30,490 nt of DNA from Candidatus Saccharimonadia bacterium (GTDB taxonomy: Bacteria; Patescibacteriota; Saccharimonadia; CAILAD01; JBBSBN01): contig JBBSBN010000001.1 of assembly GCA_038251205.1 (NCBI GenBank), positions 1 through 30,490 on the forward strand. The letters are read 5' to 3'. The notes beneath the pieces were generated by a model. It searched no databases. It had not been told where the DNA came from and saw only the letters and a program-made list of their open reading frames with translations. Shown here piece by piece: positions 1 through 9,225 of this stretch (within the stretch, counting starts at the first letter, position 1; each line of letters starts with the position of its first letter). A program made the translations under genes and the position numbers.

Positions 1-2
1 GA

Positions 3-401
3 CGGTATGGCGGCGAGCCATTGATCAAGCGGTATGGGAAGTACATTCTGATATCACGACATGATTATCAGAAAGCTACCGCTTGGTTTGAAAAGCGAGG
101 TGATCGGGCAGTGTTTGTCTCTCGTCTTATTCCAGTTATTCGCACATTCTCTGGTTTTCCAGCCGGCACATTCCGTATGCCGGTGGGCCGCTTTACTCGT
201 GATACCTTTGCTGGATCACTGCTCTGGAGCATTCTCTTTGCCAGCCTGGGATATGCGGTGGGCGAGCAGTGGCGCAACTACACCGGACCGCTCCATGTGC
301 TGGATTACATCGTGGTTGCGGTTGTGCTCGGGCTAGTTATCCGCTATATTTACCGCAAACGGAAGAGTCGCACAATTCATGCATCAAACCCAAAACCTTA
401 A
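3..401 (+). CDS. dedA: DedA/VTT-family membrane protein, 5'-truncated by the window edge
   Basis: Frame is open from base 3 (RYGGEPLIKRYGKY). It contains the DedA motifs WFEKRG..AVFVSRLIPVIRTF..FPAG and SLLWS..FASLGY. Confidence 0.9.
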   Translation, partial: RYGGEPLIKRYGKYILISRHDYQKATAWFEKRGDRAVFVSRLIPVIRTFSGFPAGTFRMPVGRFTRDTFAGSLLWSILFASLGYAVGEQWRNYTGPLHVLDYIVVAVVLGLVIRYIYRKRKSRTIHASNPKP

Positions 402-1653
402 GAACGGTTTAAAGATCGTTCACCAGCCTATGCCGCAGGCCACCAGTGTGGCCTTAGCCATCTTTGTAGGTACAGGAGGACGCTACGAGGACTTTGATAG
501 TGAATATGGCGTCACACACCTGCTGGAACACCTAGTATTTAAGGGTACCAAGAATCGCCCTAACCCGAAGAAAATCCCCGAGTTGATTGATGGGGTAGGG
601 GGATATATCAATGCCTATACTACCGAGGAGATGACGTGCTTTTATGTGAAGCTACCGCGCAGCGCCTGGCGCCTAGGCTTAGATGTCTTGGCGGACTTAG
701 TCCAACACGCCACTTTGCCTCCACGCGAAATAGAGCGTGAAAAAAATGTAGTCTTGGAAGAGATGAATGTAGAGCGTGATGATCCGGCAAATTTTGTCTT
801 TGATTTGGTGGGAGATTTATTATGGCCAACAGATAAGCTACGAACAAATATACTTGGAACTGAACAAACAATTAGCTCAATAAGTAGGACAAAAATTAAG
901 CAATACTATAAGGCCCACTATAATTTATCCAATATGGTATTAGCAACCGCTGGAAATCTAACTTTAACCGAGATAACAGATGAAATAACTGAACACATAA
1001 AGAGTTCAAAGCCAAAAAAAAATGATAAACCAGCGCCTACCAAAGGCACCATAGCCAGCCAGCGTTCGAGCTTGCTGAGCCAAGACACCAACCAAAGCCA
1101 TTTCGTAATTGCGGCTAGGGGGCCGGCTCTCTACGATGCCGATGAAATGCCGATGCGAGTCATGTCTACGATTCTGGGTAGCGGCTTCAGCTCGCGTTTA
1201 TTCTTGAATGTCCGAGAGGCTCGAAGCCTGGCCTACACAGTTTACTCAAGCATCTCCTGCTTTACCGATAGTGGCTCCTTCGAGATCTATGCTGGGGTGA
1301 ATAAGCAAAAGTTTGCTCAAGCTCTCCGGGCTGTGCGCCACGAATTAGCCCGGCTGCGTACTCAGCTCGTACCAGATAAGGAATTGATCAAAGCCAAGCA
1401 GCTTATGCGTGGCCGATTGCTTATGAGCCTCGAAGACAGCAGCAGTGTGGCAGATCGACTTGGCAGCGAAATTATTTTGCATGGTAGCACCTGGTCAATC
1501 GAGGAGACATTAGCTAAAATAGATGCTGTTACCAGTCGTGAGGTGATGCGGGTAGCCAAACGCTATCTCAAGCCACCAAAGCTACGACTGGCTTTCATTG
1601 GCCCTTATACCGAGCGTGATCAGAAACGCTTCGAGAAAATATTGGCCGACTAA
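379..1653 (+). CDS. M16 (pitrilysin/insulinase-family) zinc peptidase
   Basis: Inverted zincin motif HLLEH in GVTHLLEHLVFKGT, INAYT, EKNVVLEE, and the C-domain SSRLF..VRE..LAY. Confidence 0.95.
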   Translation: MHQTQNLKNGLKIVHQPMPQATSVALAIFVGTGGRYEDFDSEYGVTHLLEHLVFKGTKNRPNPKKIPELIDGVGGYINAYTTEEMTCFYVKLPRSAWRLGLDVLADLVQHATLPPREIEREKNVVLEEMNVERDDPANFVFDLVGDLLWPTDKLRTNILGTEQTISSISRTKIKQYYKAHYNLSNMVLATAGNLTLTEITDEITEHIKSSKPKKNDKPAPTKGTIASQRSSLLSQDTNQSHFVIAARGPALYDADEMPMRVMSTILGSGFSSRLFLNVREARSLAYTVYSSISCFTDSGSFEIYAGVNKQKFAQALRAVRHELARLRTQLVPDKELIKAKQLMRGRLLMSLEDSSSVADRLGSEIILHGSTWSIEETLAKIDAVTSREVMRVAKRYLKPPKLRLAFIGPYTERDQKRFEKILAD

Positions 1654-1689
1654 GCAATCATAAGAATCTAATAGATAGGAGATACAAAC

Positions 1690-2313
1690 ATGATCAAAGC
1701 TGATCCGAAAAAACTCGCCGAGATGCGATATGAACATAGCTTGGTGTTACTCAAGCCAGATGCAGTGGCTCGTAAGATCAGTGGTGAGATTATTAGTCGA
1801 TTTGAGAAGAAGGGCCTCAAGATCATTGCTTTGAAGATGACATGGCCTACCCCTACTCAGGCAGAGGAACACTATGAAGCTGATGAAGACTGGTACATCT
1901 CAAGTGGTACGCGTACCTATGAAGGATACATCGAGAAAGGCCTCAAGCCACCTCTGGAGCCACGTGAATTGGGTGTGAATACACGCCGTAAGCTTATGAG
2001 CTCGCTGACCGCAGGTCCTGTGATCGCACTTGTGTTGCAGGGTGCGCATGTCATTGAGACAGTCCGCAAGATGCGTGGTGCTACTAGCCCACAGCTTGCT
2101 GATGTTGGTACGATTGGTTTTGATTATTCACTCGATAGCTATGAGCTGGCTGATGCTGGCGAATGGGCGATTCGAAATGTCATACATGCTAGTGATAGCC
2201 CAGAGAGCGCCGAGCGAGAGATCAAGATTTGGTTTAAGCCGCCGGATCTGATGGAGTACAAAACAGCGGAGGATGACATCCTCTATACCAAAGACTGGTA
2301 TGGGCAGAAGTAA
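1690..2313 (+). CDS. ndk: Nucleoside diphosphate kinase (long form)
   Basis: SLVLLKPDAV..GEIISRFEKKGLKI, GTIGFDY, and the catalytic His in NVIHASDS..AEREI..WF. GGAG lies upstream. Confidence 0.93.
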   Translation: MIKADPKKLAEMRYEHSLVLLKPDAVARKISGEIISRFEKKGLKIIALKMTWPTPTQAEEHYEADEDWYISSGTRTYEGYIEKGLKPPLEPRELGVNTRRKLMSSLTAGPVIALVLQGAHVIETVRKMRGATSPQLADVGTIGFDYSLDSYELADAGEWAIRNVIHASDSPESAEREIKIWFKPPDLMEYKTAEDDILYTKDWYGQK

Positions 2314-2379
2314 GGTCTCAAATGAGAACAGCGGATCCTAGGAGCAGATGCGCTGGACTATTGAACTTCTACGAATTGA

Positions 2380-2931
2380 TTACTTGCTTGGCTTCCTGAG
2401 TTTCTCAGTTTCTGCGTTGTATTTGACGGTGACAGCTGACTCACCATGATTGACGATGCGGTCAACCATTTCGAGCTCTCCGAGGATTCCCTCGATTAAG
2501 TCATAATCCTTCGCTTCCTCGAAACTGACCCAGGCTGAATCGACGGTGTCCTCGTCGTATTTGATGTCACCACTGGCATAGTCGGCGTAGTAGCTCAAGA
2601 CGGTGACTGGCTCGTTTCCCTCTGTGTCTCGGAAAAAGTTGATAGAGAGCAAGTACTGGGGTTGCTTGATCTCTAGGCCAACTTCTTCAGCGACCTCGCG
2701 ATCAAGGGCAGCTTCGATCGATTGGTAATGCTGGCCTTCAAATGTCTCTGGCTGATTGACCCAGTCGTCGACTTGCAATCCTCCGCCAGGAACTGTCCAT
2801 CTTCCAGGCCACTTCTTCTTTTGCTCGGACCGTTTAGTGATCAGGAACTTACCGCCACGCACGATGATGGCGGTGAGTACGACGCGGTGAGCTTCGTTTT
2901 CGAGCTGTTCAGGTGTCAGTTTAATAGTCAT
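2380..2931 (-). CDS. NUDIX hydrolase
   Basis: WTVPGGG followed by a Nudix-box-like EAALDREVAEEVGL. Confidence 0.9.
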   Translation of the reverse strand: MTIKLTPEQLENEAHRVVLTAIIVRGGKFLITKRSEQKKKWPGRWTVPGGGLQVDDWVNQPETFEGQHYQSIEAALDREVAEEVGLEIKQPQYLLSINFFRDTEGNEPVTVLSYYADYASGDIKYDEDTVDSAWVSFEEAKDYDLIEGILGELEMVDRIVNHGESAVTVKYNAETEKLRKPSK

Positions 2932-2956
2932 GATCTGATTATACCATTCTTAATCT

Positions 2957-3400
2957 CTACTTTGAGCGATCCACATCATTCTTATGCGACATTACATGGT
3001 AATACGAGGCTTTGATTATTTTCTCTAGCACTTTCATATCTACATCACGAAGCTGGTTGATATATAGACAGACTTTCCCGGTAGTATGCGGACCCAAATC
3101 ACTTAATAAATCAGAATATTTGCTAGTACCGTCAGCCAGGTAGACAGTGATATTAGTTTTTCTAGGAGAGAAGCCGATTGCTCCTATATCTCCCTCTCTT
3201 CCGCTGGCGTACTTGTAGTGATGTTGGTCAAAACCAATAATACTCGGACCCCACATGACTGCGGGCTTGCCGGTGATCTTATTCATTAGTTTGCATAGCT
3301 GCTCGGCATCTTTTCTTTTCTGCTCATATTCAATGCTTGCCAAGAAATCTTTCACCGGCACATTTGTGGGCTGTGTCTTATTTTTTGCTTGGTTGCTCAT
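2957..3400 (-). CDS. DUF1801-family protein
   Basis: KTQPT..PV..FL, MWGPSIIGF..HYKYASGREGD....GFSPRK, LGPHTTGKVCLYI are characteristic of this family. Confidence 0.85.
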   Translation of the reverse strand: MSNQAKNKTQPTNVPVKDFLASIEYEQKRKDAEQLCKLMNKITGKPAVMWGPSIIGFDQHHYKYASGREGDIGAIGFSPRKTNITVYLADGTSKYSDLLSDLGPHTTGKVCLYINQLRDVDMKVLEKIIKASYYHVMSHKNDVDRSK

Positions 3401-3426
3401 GTGATTATTCTAAATTAATAATTCTA

Positions 3427-3502
3427 TGGTACCCCGGGAGGGAATCGAACCCCCGACGCCCTCCTTAGGACGGAGGCGCTCTGTCCACTGAGCTACCGGG
3501 GC
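3427..3502 (-). tRNA. tRNA-Arg(CCT)
   Basis: Reverse complement folds into a cloverleaf: GCCCCGG/CCGGGGT acceptor stem, CCTCC-GTCCTAA-GGAGG anticodon arm, TTCGATT T-loop, encoded CCA. Confidence 0.95.
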
Positions 3503-3600
3503 GCAAAAGGACTAGTGGGTGGGCAAGCCAGAAATCGCCGCTATTATAGTCCTCTCGGACAAATCAAGCAACGCACCAGCTTTGCTTGCCTACACCATCA

Positions 3601-3609
3601 TGCTACCAT
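3601..3609 (+). promoter_or_regulatory. Extended -10 promoter (TGcTACCAT), probably leaderless
   Basis: TGCTACCAT followed by 7 nt, then ATG 3617; no SD. Confidence 0.55.
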
Positions 3610-3616
3610 AAGTGGT

Positions 3617-4228
3617 ATGGAACCAGAAAAACCAACTAAGCTAAGTAAGCCAACCAGTAAGCGTGATATGTCCGAACATCGGCGCCAGCATCCCGAGTCA
3701 AAGCCAAAGCCCAAACGTGATCATGGTGATGACTATGCTGATGAAGATATTATCAGGGTCACTCGTCAGTTTCCGGTGGTCATGCGCCGCCCATTGATAG
3801 GGGGCATGCTTATTCTATTGCTTGGTCTGATCCCCTGGGCCATAGCAGTTGGCAATCTCTACTCCTGGGCTGGCCAGTCAGTCATCTGGCTTAGTATATG
3901 TGTCGTAGTTCTGATCGTATACTGGCTGCGTACTTGGGTTGGGTGGTACTACAGTGTTTTTGTTTTGACTGATAAGCGTATCGTGATAACTCGTCAGAAA
4001 GGTTTCTTCGATCGTACTGTCTCAGAGCTGGCACTCAACAATATTCAGAATGTCACCTATGGCATTAAGGGTATTCAAGCCGTCATCTTCCACTTCGGTG
4101 ATATCAATATTCAGACCTTATCAGGAAGCGGTGGGTTTGATCTTCGTATTATTCATAAGCCGGAAAAGTTTGCGAAGGCCATCATTCGTGCTGCTGGCTT
4201 AAGTGGTTCGACACCAACATCCGAGTAG
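3617..4228 (+). CDS. Membrane protein with bacterial PH domain (bPH_2-like)
   Basis: Two TM segments, then WYYSVFVLTDKRIV...GFFDRTVSEL.L.NIQNV....G......FGDI.IQT. Start moved to ATG 3617 because the track's start at 3515 lies upstream of a -10 box. Confidence 0.85.
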   Translation: MEPEKPTKLSKPTSKRDMSEHRRQHPESKPKPKRDHGDDYADEDIIRVTRQFPVVMRRPLIGGMLILLLGLIPWAIAVGNLYSWAGQSVIWLSICVVVLIVYWLRTWVGWYYSVFVLTDKRIVITRQKGFFDRTVSELALNNIQNVTYGIKGIQAVIFHFGDINIQTLSGSGGFDLRIIHKPEKFAKAIIRAAGLSGSTPTSE

Positions 4229-4307
4229 TGTACTATAATATCATCAAAACATACCGGATACGGTATTGTATAACTAATGAACTGTGTGAATAAGGAGAGT
4301 AATTCGC

Positions 4308-5372
4308 GTGCCAAAGGACCCCGACATCAAGAAACCCAAGACGACTGCATCTGAAGTAAGTAATGCTACTAAATCAGAGGCCGAAGCTAAATCTAAAACA
4401 AAAAAATCTGGTCAATCTCAGCCAACTGGCTTTAAGAATCGACTCGAGAAGCTCGGGATTCGTCGCAAGCCTAACAAGAAAGCGATCACTGGCATTGCAA
4501 TTGCGATCATATCTATTATTGTCGCAACTGTGGCGGTATTTGGCGTACTCATCTACAAGTACAAGCAAGACAATAAGCCTGTTCGAATTGCTTCTGCCGT
4601 CGTTCCATATCCTGTCACAAGCGTGAACGGGAGTATTCTCTGGAATGTCGCGACCTACCGCGACTATCTCTTCGAACTCAATTCAGTTGAGAAGTTTTAC
4701 CAAAGTCAGAAAGAGCCGCTTAATACCAAAGACGGTCAGGCTAAGCTGAAAGATATCAAGAAACAGATTATCACCCAGCTTCAAAATCGCATCTTGATTG
4801 CCCAAGAAGCTCGTAAATACAAGATTAAATTGACGCAAAAAGAGATTGACGCTAAGTATGCTGAACTCGAGAAGAATGCCGGCGGAGCGGACAAGGTCAA
4901 GCAAACGCTGAAGCAGCTCTATGGCTGGAACGTAGCTGACTTTAAGCGAGAACTAAGCTACAAACTGCTCGAGGCGAAGCTTGCTGATGCAGTAAGCGGT
5001 GACCCAAAGCTCAACGCTGCTGCTAAGGCTCAGGCCGAAGATATCAAGAAGCAAATCAGTGCCGGTGGTGACTTCGCAGCTCTTGCCAAGAAGTATTCTG
5101 CAGACTCAAGCGCGGCCCAAGGTGGAGATCTAGGTTACTTCAAGAAGGGTGATAACGTAGCAGAATTCGATACCGCTGCCTTTGCCCTCCAACCCAATCA
5201 AGTTAGCAGTGTAGTGAAGACGCAATACGGCTATCACATCATCAAGGTTACTGACAAAAAGGAAGATGGCAGCATCCGTGCTTCTCACATTTTGATCAAG
5301 AGTGTAGATCTTAATACATGGCTACAAGACCAGCGCAAAAAGGCTAAAATTCGCCAGTATTTCACTCCGTAA
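4308..5372 (+). CDS. prsA: PrsA/SurA-like foldase with parvulin PPIase domain, N-terminal TM anchor
   Basis: TM helix, SurA-N-like helical region, DFAALAKKYSAD....GGDLGYF, GYHIIKV, ASHILI. AAGGAG precedes the GTG start. Confidence 0.88.
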   Translation: MPKDPDIKKPKTTASEVSNATKSEAEAKSKTKKSGQSQPTGFKNRLEKLGIRRKPNKKAITGIAIAIISIIVATVAVFGVLIYKYKQDNKPVRIASAVVPYPVTSVNGSILWNVATYRDYLFELNSVEKFYQSQKEPLNTKDGQAKLKDIKKQIITQLQNRILIAQEARKYKIKLTQKEIDAKYAELEKNAGGADKVKQTLKQLYGWNVADFKRELSYKLLEAKLADAVSGDPKLNAAAKAQAEDIKKQISAGGDFAALAKKYSADSSAAQGGDLGYFKKGDNVAEFDTAAFALQPNQVSSVVKTQYGYHIIKVTDKKEDGSIRASHILIKSVDLNTWLQDQRKKAKIRQYFTP

Positions 5373-5445
5373 CCTGAAAACAACTGTAGTAAAAAACACA
5401 ACTACCGTATAAACCGACACTAACCTGGGCAAAGAAAGGCTACTT

Positions 5446-7257
5446 TTGAGTACCAAAACTACCCCACAAACGAGCAAAGTAGTGAATGGACGCTTGCAGT
5501 GGAAGCTCGATGATATTGTAAGCCTAAAAGATTACGACAAGCTCTTAGCTCAAATCGAAGCCGATACAGCTCAATATCCACGCTGGTACAAGAAGCTTGA
5601 GCCTGATATGAGTGCCGAGCAATTCCGTAAGTACCTCCAATTTAGTGTTGAATCTGGCGAGAAGCTGGCTCGTGCCGCTACCCGACCAGAGCTGATGGAA
5701 ACACTTGATCAGGCTGATACCAAAGCCAAGGATATGAAAGGGCGCATCAAGGATATTGCTTTGGCTCGAGAGGAAGCAGGTCGCAAGAACGGTCTTTGGC
5801 TCAAAGGTATTGAGCTGGAGGGCAAACAACGACTGGATGATCAGAATGCCAAGCGACTTTTTGCTGTCTGGCCCGAATTTGAATACGGGCTCTATTATGC
5901 ACGAGACGCAGCTCGCTATACTTTGACTGAGCGTGAAGAAGATATTATCTCCAACAAAGACGCCAATGGTGGCAGTGTACTCAACGACTTGCGGGATCTG
6001 TTGATATCGGAGATGGAGTTTACTATCAAATTGCCTGGCCAGAAGCCGCAAACATTTGATAGTGATGACGAAGTATCTCCGTTGGCATATAGTTCGGATC
6101 CAAAAGTACGTGAAGCAGCCTTCCGGGGCTTACTCGATGAATACGAGAAGCATTCAACCAAGTATTTCATGGTCTATCAGAGCATCGTGAAGGATTGGGA
6201 TTATGAGGCCAAGCTTCGCGGCTATGAGAGTCCTATTGCTTTGCGCAACTTTGCAAATCAAGTTCCGGATCGAGCAATCGAAGTACTCATGAAGGTATGT
6301 GCGGACAATACAAAGGTATTTCAGCAATATTTCCGGTTTAAAGCCAAGCAACTGGGTATGAAGAAGCTTCGGCGCTTTGATATCTATGCACCCCTGGAAA
6401 ATAGCACGACGGAGTACCCACTCGATAAAGCAATTGATGTGGTAATTACAACGTTTAATAGTTTTTCACCAAGGTTTGCTGACTATGCCAAGCGTATCAT
6501 TGAAGCTGGTCATGTCGATTCCGAACCTGGTAAACGGAAACGGGGAGGTGCTTTTGCTGCCCCCATCACTGCCGATCTAACCCCATACGTATTACTCAAC
6601 TACACCAAGACACTTCGCGACGTATCAACGCTCGCACATGAGCTTGGGCACGGTGTACACTTTTTGTATGCATCTGAGCTACCTACTCCAGTGCAGATGT
6701 CAGGCTTGCCGCTAGCAGAAACTGCTTCGACGTTTGGTGAGATGATTTTATTTGAGAAACTGCTCGATGAGGCTCGTGATAACAAAGAGCGCAAGATTAT
6801 GCTCTCAGACAAGATGGCTGATGCTTATGCCACTATTTGCCGACAGACATTCTTCGTGCGAGCTGAGATCGAAGCTCATAAGCGTATGGGGCAAGGTTTG
6901 AGTGCAGCGGAGATGGGGGAGATCTGGCTCGATACGCTACATGATCAGTTTGGTGACTCAGTTGAGGTTGATCCGATATTTGCTTCGGAGTGGCTGCGCA
7001 TTCCTCATATCGTGCATTCGCCGTTTTATTGCTACGCCTACAACTTTGGTGAGCTGCTCAGTCTCGCCCTCTTTGCTCGCTATAAGGAGCAGGGACAAGT
7101 CTTTGTACCAAAGATTGAGAAGATTCTCGAGGCTGGTGGCTCGCAAAATCCTCAGAAGATCTTAGCTCAAGTTGGTATTGATATGACGGATGCTCAGTTT
7201 TGGCAGGGGAGCTTTACGATTCTAGAAGACTGGATGAAACAGCTCGAAAGTCTCTGA
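5446..7257 (+). CDS. pepF: Oligoendopeptidase F (M3B)
   Basis: KRGGAF, YVLLNY, TLAHELGHGVH (HExxH), LAETAS.F.E, W.RIPH..HSPFYCYAY. Confidence 0.95.
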   Translation: MSTKTTPQTSKVVNGRLQWKLDDIVSLKDYDKLLAQIEADTAQYPRWYKKLEPDMSAEQFRKYLQFSVESGEKLARAATRPELMETLDQADTKAKDMKGRIKDIALAREEAGRKNGLWLKGIELEGKQRLDDQNAKRLFAVWPEFEYGLYYARDAARYTLTEREEDIISNKDANGGSVLNDLRDLLISEMEFTIKLPGQKPQTFDSDDEVSPLAYSSDPKVREAAFRGLLDEYEKHSTKYFMVYQSIVKDWDYEAKLRGYESPIALRNFANQVPDRAIEVLMKVCADNTKVFQQYFRFKAKQLGMKKLRRFDIYAPLENSTTEYPLDKAIDVVITTFNSFSPRFADYAKRIIEAGHVDSEPGKRKRGGAFAAPITADLTPYVLLNYTKTLRDVSTLAHELGHGVHFLYASELPTPVQMSGLPLAETASTFGEMILFEKLLDEARDNKERKIMLSDKMADAYATICRQTFFVRAEIEAHKRMGQGLSAAEMGEIWLDTLHDQFGDSVEVDPIFASEWLRIPHIVHSPFYCYAYNFGELLSLALFARYKEQGQVFVPKIEKILEAGGSQNPQKILAQVGIDMTDAQFWQGSFTILEDWMKQLESL

Positions 7258-7273
7258 CGGCAAGGGTCATACC

Positions 7274-7302
7274 TTGCTGTAAACCCGCTTTTCTGCTACC
7301 AT
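7274..7302 (+). promoter_or_regulatory. Sigma-70 promoter for tRNA-Asp
   Basis: TTGCTG-17 nt-TACCAT, with TG at the extended position. Confidence 0.55.
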
Positions 7303-7339
7303 ATGCAGGTTATATTATACAAATATAGCAATGATTTAT

Positions 7340-7417
7340 GGGCCCGTGGTGTAGTCGGTCTAACACGCCTCCCTGTCACGGAGGAGATCGCCGGTTCGAA
7401 TCCGGTCGGGCCCGCCA
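7340..7417 (+). tRNA. tRNA-Asp(GTC)
   Basis: GGGCCCG/CGGGCCC acceptor stem, CCTCC-CTGTCAC-GGAGG anticodon arm, TTCGAAT T-loop, G73-CCA. Confidence 0.98.
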
Positions 7418-7431
7418 ATGTACTTATGTTT

Positions 7432-7462
7432 AAAGACTCATATTCTGAGTCTTTTTATTTTT
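7432..7462 (+). terminator. Intrinsic terminator after tRNA-Asp
   Basis: AAAGACTCA-tattc-TGAGTCTTT followed by a T-rich run. Confidence 0.75.
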
Positions 7463-7475
7463 CTCAAAGCGAAGC

Positions 7476-7518
7476 CCCCGTGAGGGGACTCCGCAATTTC
7501 TCGCAAAGTTTCACGGGG
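7476..7518. repeat. GC-rich inverted repeat
   Basis: CCCCGTGA (7476-7483) pairs with TCACGGGG (7511-7518). It lies at the 3' end of the leftward orphan genes. Confidence 0.6.
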
Positions 7519-7537
7519 ACGGCTGGCCCTAGATCGA

Positions 7538-7723
7538 TCAGTATGGCTCCGTGTGGGGCCAAACATCGATCCATGATCTGATGGGTCGAGCCCCTTTGAT
7601 TTCGGCCTGTCGAAGAGGTCGCTCAGGGTTAATGAGCGGTCCATCGCAGCCCTCACATCGAACTGCACTTCCGGGTGAGCAGAGCTGAATGTTCTGACAG
7701 TTCTGGCAAGTAACTTGATCCAC
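7538..7723 (-). CDS. Small orphan zinc-ribbon protein (61 aa)
   Basis: CQNC...CEGC motif pair; AAGGAG closely upstream of the GTG start. Confidence 0.6.
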   Translation of the reverse strand: MDQVTCQNCQNIQLCSPGSAVRCEGCDGPLINPERPLRQAEIKGARPIRSWIDVWPHTEPY

Positions 7724-7754
7724 TATTATCTCCTTAAAGGTGGAGGATCGTTGC

Positions 7755-8210
7755 CTACATTGGTCTGCCTGTGCGCAACTCGTGGAGATACCGGCCGAAC
7801 TCTATGAGTTGGCGGTAATTAATGCCGTTTCTGTTTACCTGGGGAGGATCTTCGCTTGTTGCCAACCGAAATCCGTCCGGCAGTTCAGCTATCGCTAGGT
7901 CGAAATGCACAAGCACTTCTTCGCGTGCGTCTCCGTACACGAAGAGTTGAGGTGACTCATAGCGTGCCTTACCAGCGTTATCAAGCCTGACGTAGACGAC
8001 GCAACCCTCGCGAATCTCACTAACGTAAGGCGTGAAAACGTCGATGCAGATGTAGCCGTGAGAGAGAATGTTCCAGTAAAGGCGACTACAAGCCCTGTTT
8101 GTGCGTTGGTCGATTTGCAATGCAGGGTAGGGGATCAGTTCTGCTAGTTGTTCTGTCCAAGCTGAGAGCGTATCTTCAGTCCGAAACCTGGTAGCATCTT
8201 GGGTCTGCAT
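7755..8210 (-). CDS. Orphan hypothetical protein (151 aa)
   Basis: Long ORF with AAGGAG before ATG 8210 (MQTQDATR) and a promoter upstream. No family recognised. Confidence 0.7.
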   Translation of the reverse strand: MQTQDATRFRTEDTLSAWTEQLAELIPYPALQIDQRTNRACSRLYWNILSHGYICIDVFTPYVSEIREGCVVYVRLDNAGKARYESPQLFVYGDAREEVLVHFDLAIAELPDGFRLATSEDPPQVNRNGINYRQLIEFGRYLHELRTGRPM

Positions 8211-8258
8211 TGAGAGCTCCTTCAAGAGCTTGTCGGGATATTATCAAAGATCCAGCAT

Positions 8259-8287
8259 AGTATATCATAATTATGTCAATCTGTAAA
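8259..8287 (-). promoter_or_regulatory. Sigma-70 promoter driving the leftward orphan genes
   Basis: Minus strand TTTACA-17 nt-TATACT with TG at the extended position. Confidence 0.65.
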
Positions 8288-8441
8288 TATATATGTGATC
8301 ATCCATAAACCAAGTTCTAACCCCATTCGCCACGGCCCGCCAGTATTGCAATTATTACAACAATATTGTATTATTCAGCCATTCTTTCGAATGCGTTGAT
8401 CGATGCGTTTCATTGGTAGTATTTCTGACAAAGGAGTTAAA

Positions 8442-8759
8442 GTGGGAGACTGGAAAGCACACGTCACCTTGTCCTTGGTTGGTCCGGCAACAGCCTTGCT
8501 CTACCAGCAGGAAGACCAGATGCGTCGAACTCTGTTCGATGAGCATAACTTCAGGGATTTAATGATTTCTTTTGAGCCTGACAGTCATGGCTTCAACGAA
8601 GTCATATTCGACTTTGTGCTCACGGCCGATACTGAAGAGGGTGCCCAGATGCACGCAGGTCGTGCTACTTGGGATGTGGTGCCGGATTACTTCGGGCAGC
8701 TCGTCATTATGGAGTCCAACATCGTCATCTTGGCTATCCATGTGCCATTCACCACCTGA
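8442..8759 (+). CDS. Orphan hypothetical protein (105 aa), alpha/beta
   Basis: AAGGAG 5 nt before the in-frame GTG at 8442; acidic protein with alternating beta-like and helical segments. Confidence 0.65.
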   Translation: MGDWKAHVTLSLVGPATALLYQQEDQMRRTLFDEHNFRDLMISFEPDSHGFNEVIFDFVLTADTEEGAQMHAGRATWDVVPDYFGQLVIMESNIVILAIHVPFTT

Positions 8760-8788
8760 TTTCAGCGGTCCTAGCTCAAGGAGTCGAA

Positions 8789-9211
8789 ATGGACTTGAAA
8801 CCACTTCCAAATAGTGAAGATGTGTCACCTCAGGAATTCTCGCAGCTCTTTGAGGGTCGTCTTGGAGCTTTGTTTTCTCGAGCAATGCACGTCCTGATAA
8901 CGCTCGGACTGATGCACTCGTTCAGTGTTGCCAATGTCATCCACCTTGGTCTTCAGAAAGACATCGTGGAAGACATCGTCGAGGCCCTCGAGAAGTGGTG
9001 TGAGCTCTTCCCCAAAGCCCCTGACCCCATAACGGCTCATGTCGATACCAAGCAGTATTTCGACATCATGTATGGCGAGTTTTTCATGACCGCTACGGAT
9101 ACGGTGGATGGGCTTGGACCATTCGAGACCGTCGGGGAGAGAAACGGCCACCGGCAGCTAGGTATAAAGCAAGGCCAATCAAAGCTGTGGGTGCCAGATA
9201 ATGCAAGATAA
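8789..9211 (+). CDS. Orphan hypothetical protein (140 aa)
   Basis: AAGGAG before ATG 8789 (MDLKPLPNSE); followed by two strong hairpins. Confidence 0.65.
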   Translation: MDLKPLPNSEDVSPQEFSQLFEGRLGALFSRAMHVLITLGLMHSFSVANVIHLGLQKDIVEDIVEALEKWCELFPKAPDPITAHVDTKQYFDIMYGEFFMTATDTVDGLGPFETVGERNGHRQLGIKQGQSKLWVPDNAR

Positions 9212-9225
9212 AGAAAACAAGACTG

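Noticed and set aside
3515-3616. N-terminal extension of the PH-domain ORF shown in the track
   Set aside because: It abuts the tRNA-Arg upstream region and spans a -10 box; ATG 3617 is the better start.
7407-7435. dif-like site at the tRNA-Asp 3' end (GGGCCCGCCAA-TGTAC-TTATGTTTAAA)
   Set aside because: The right arm resembles a XerD arm, but the spacer is 5 nt rather than 6 and the left arm is simply the tRNA end with a poor XerC match.
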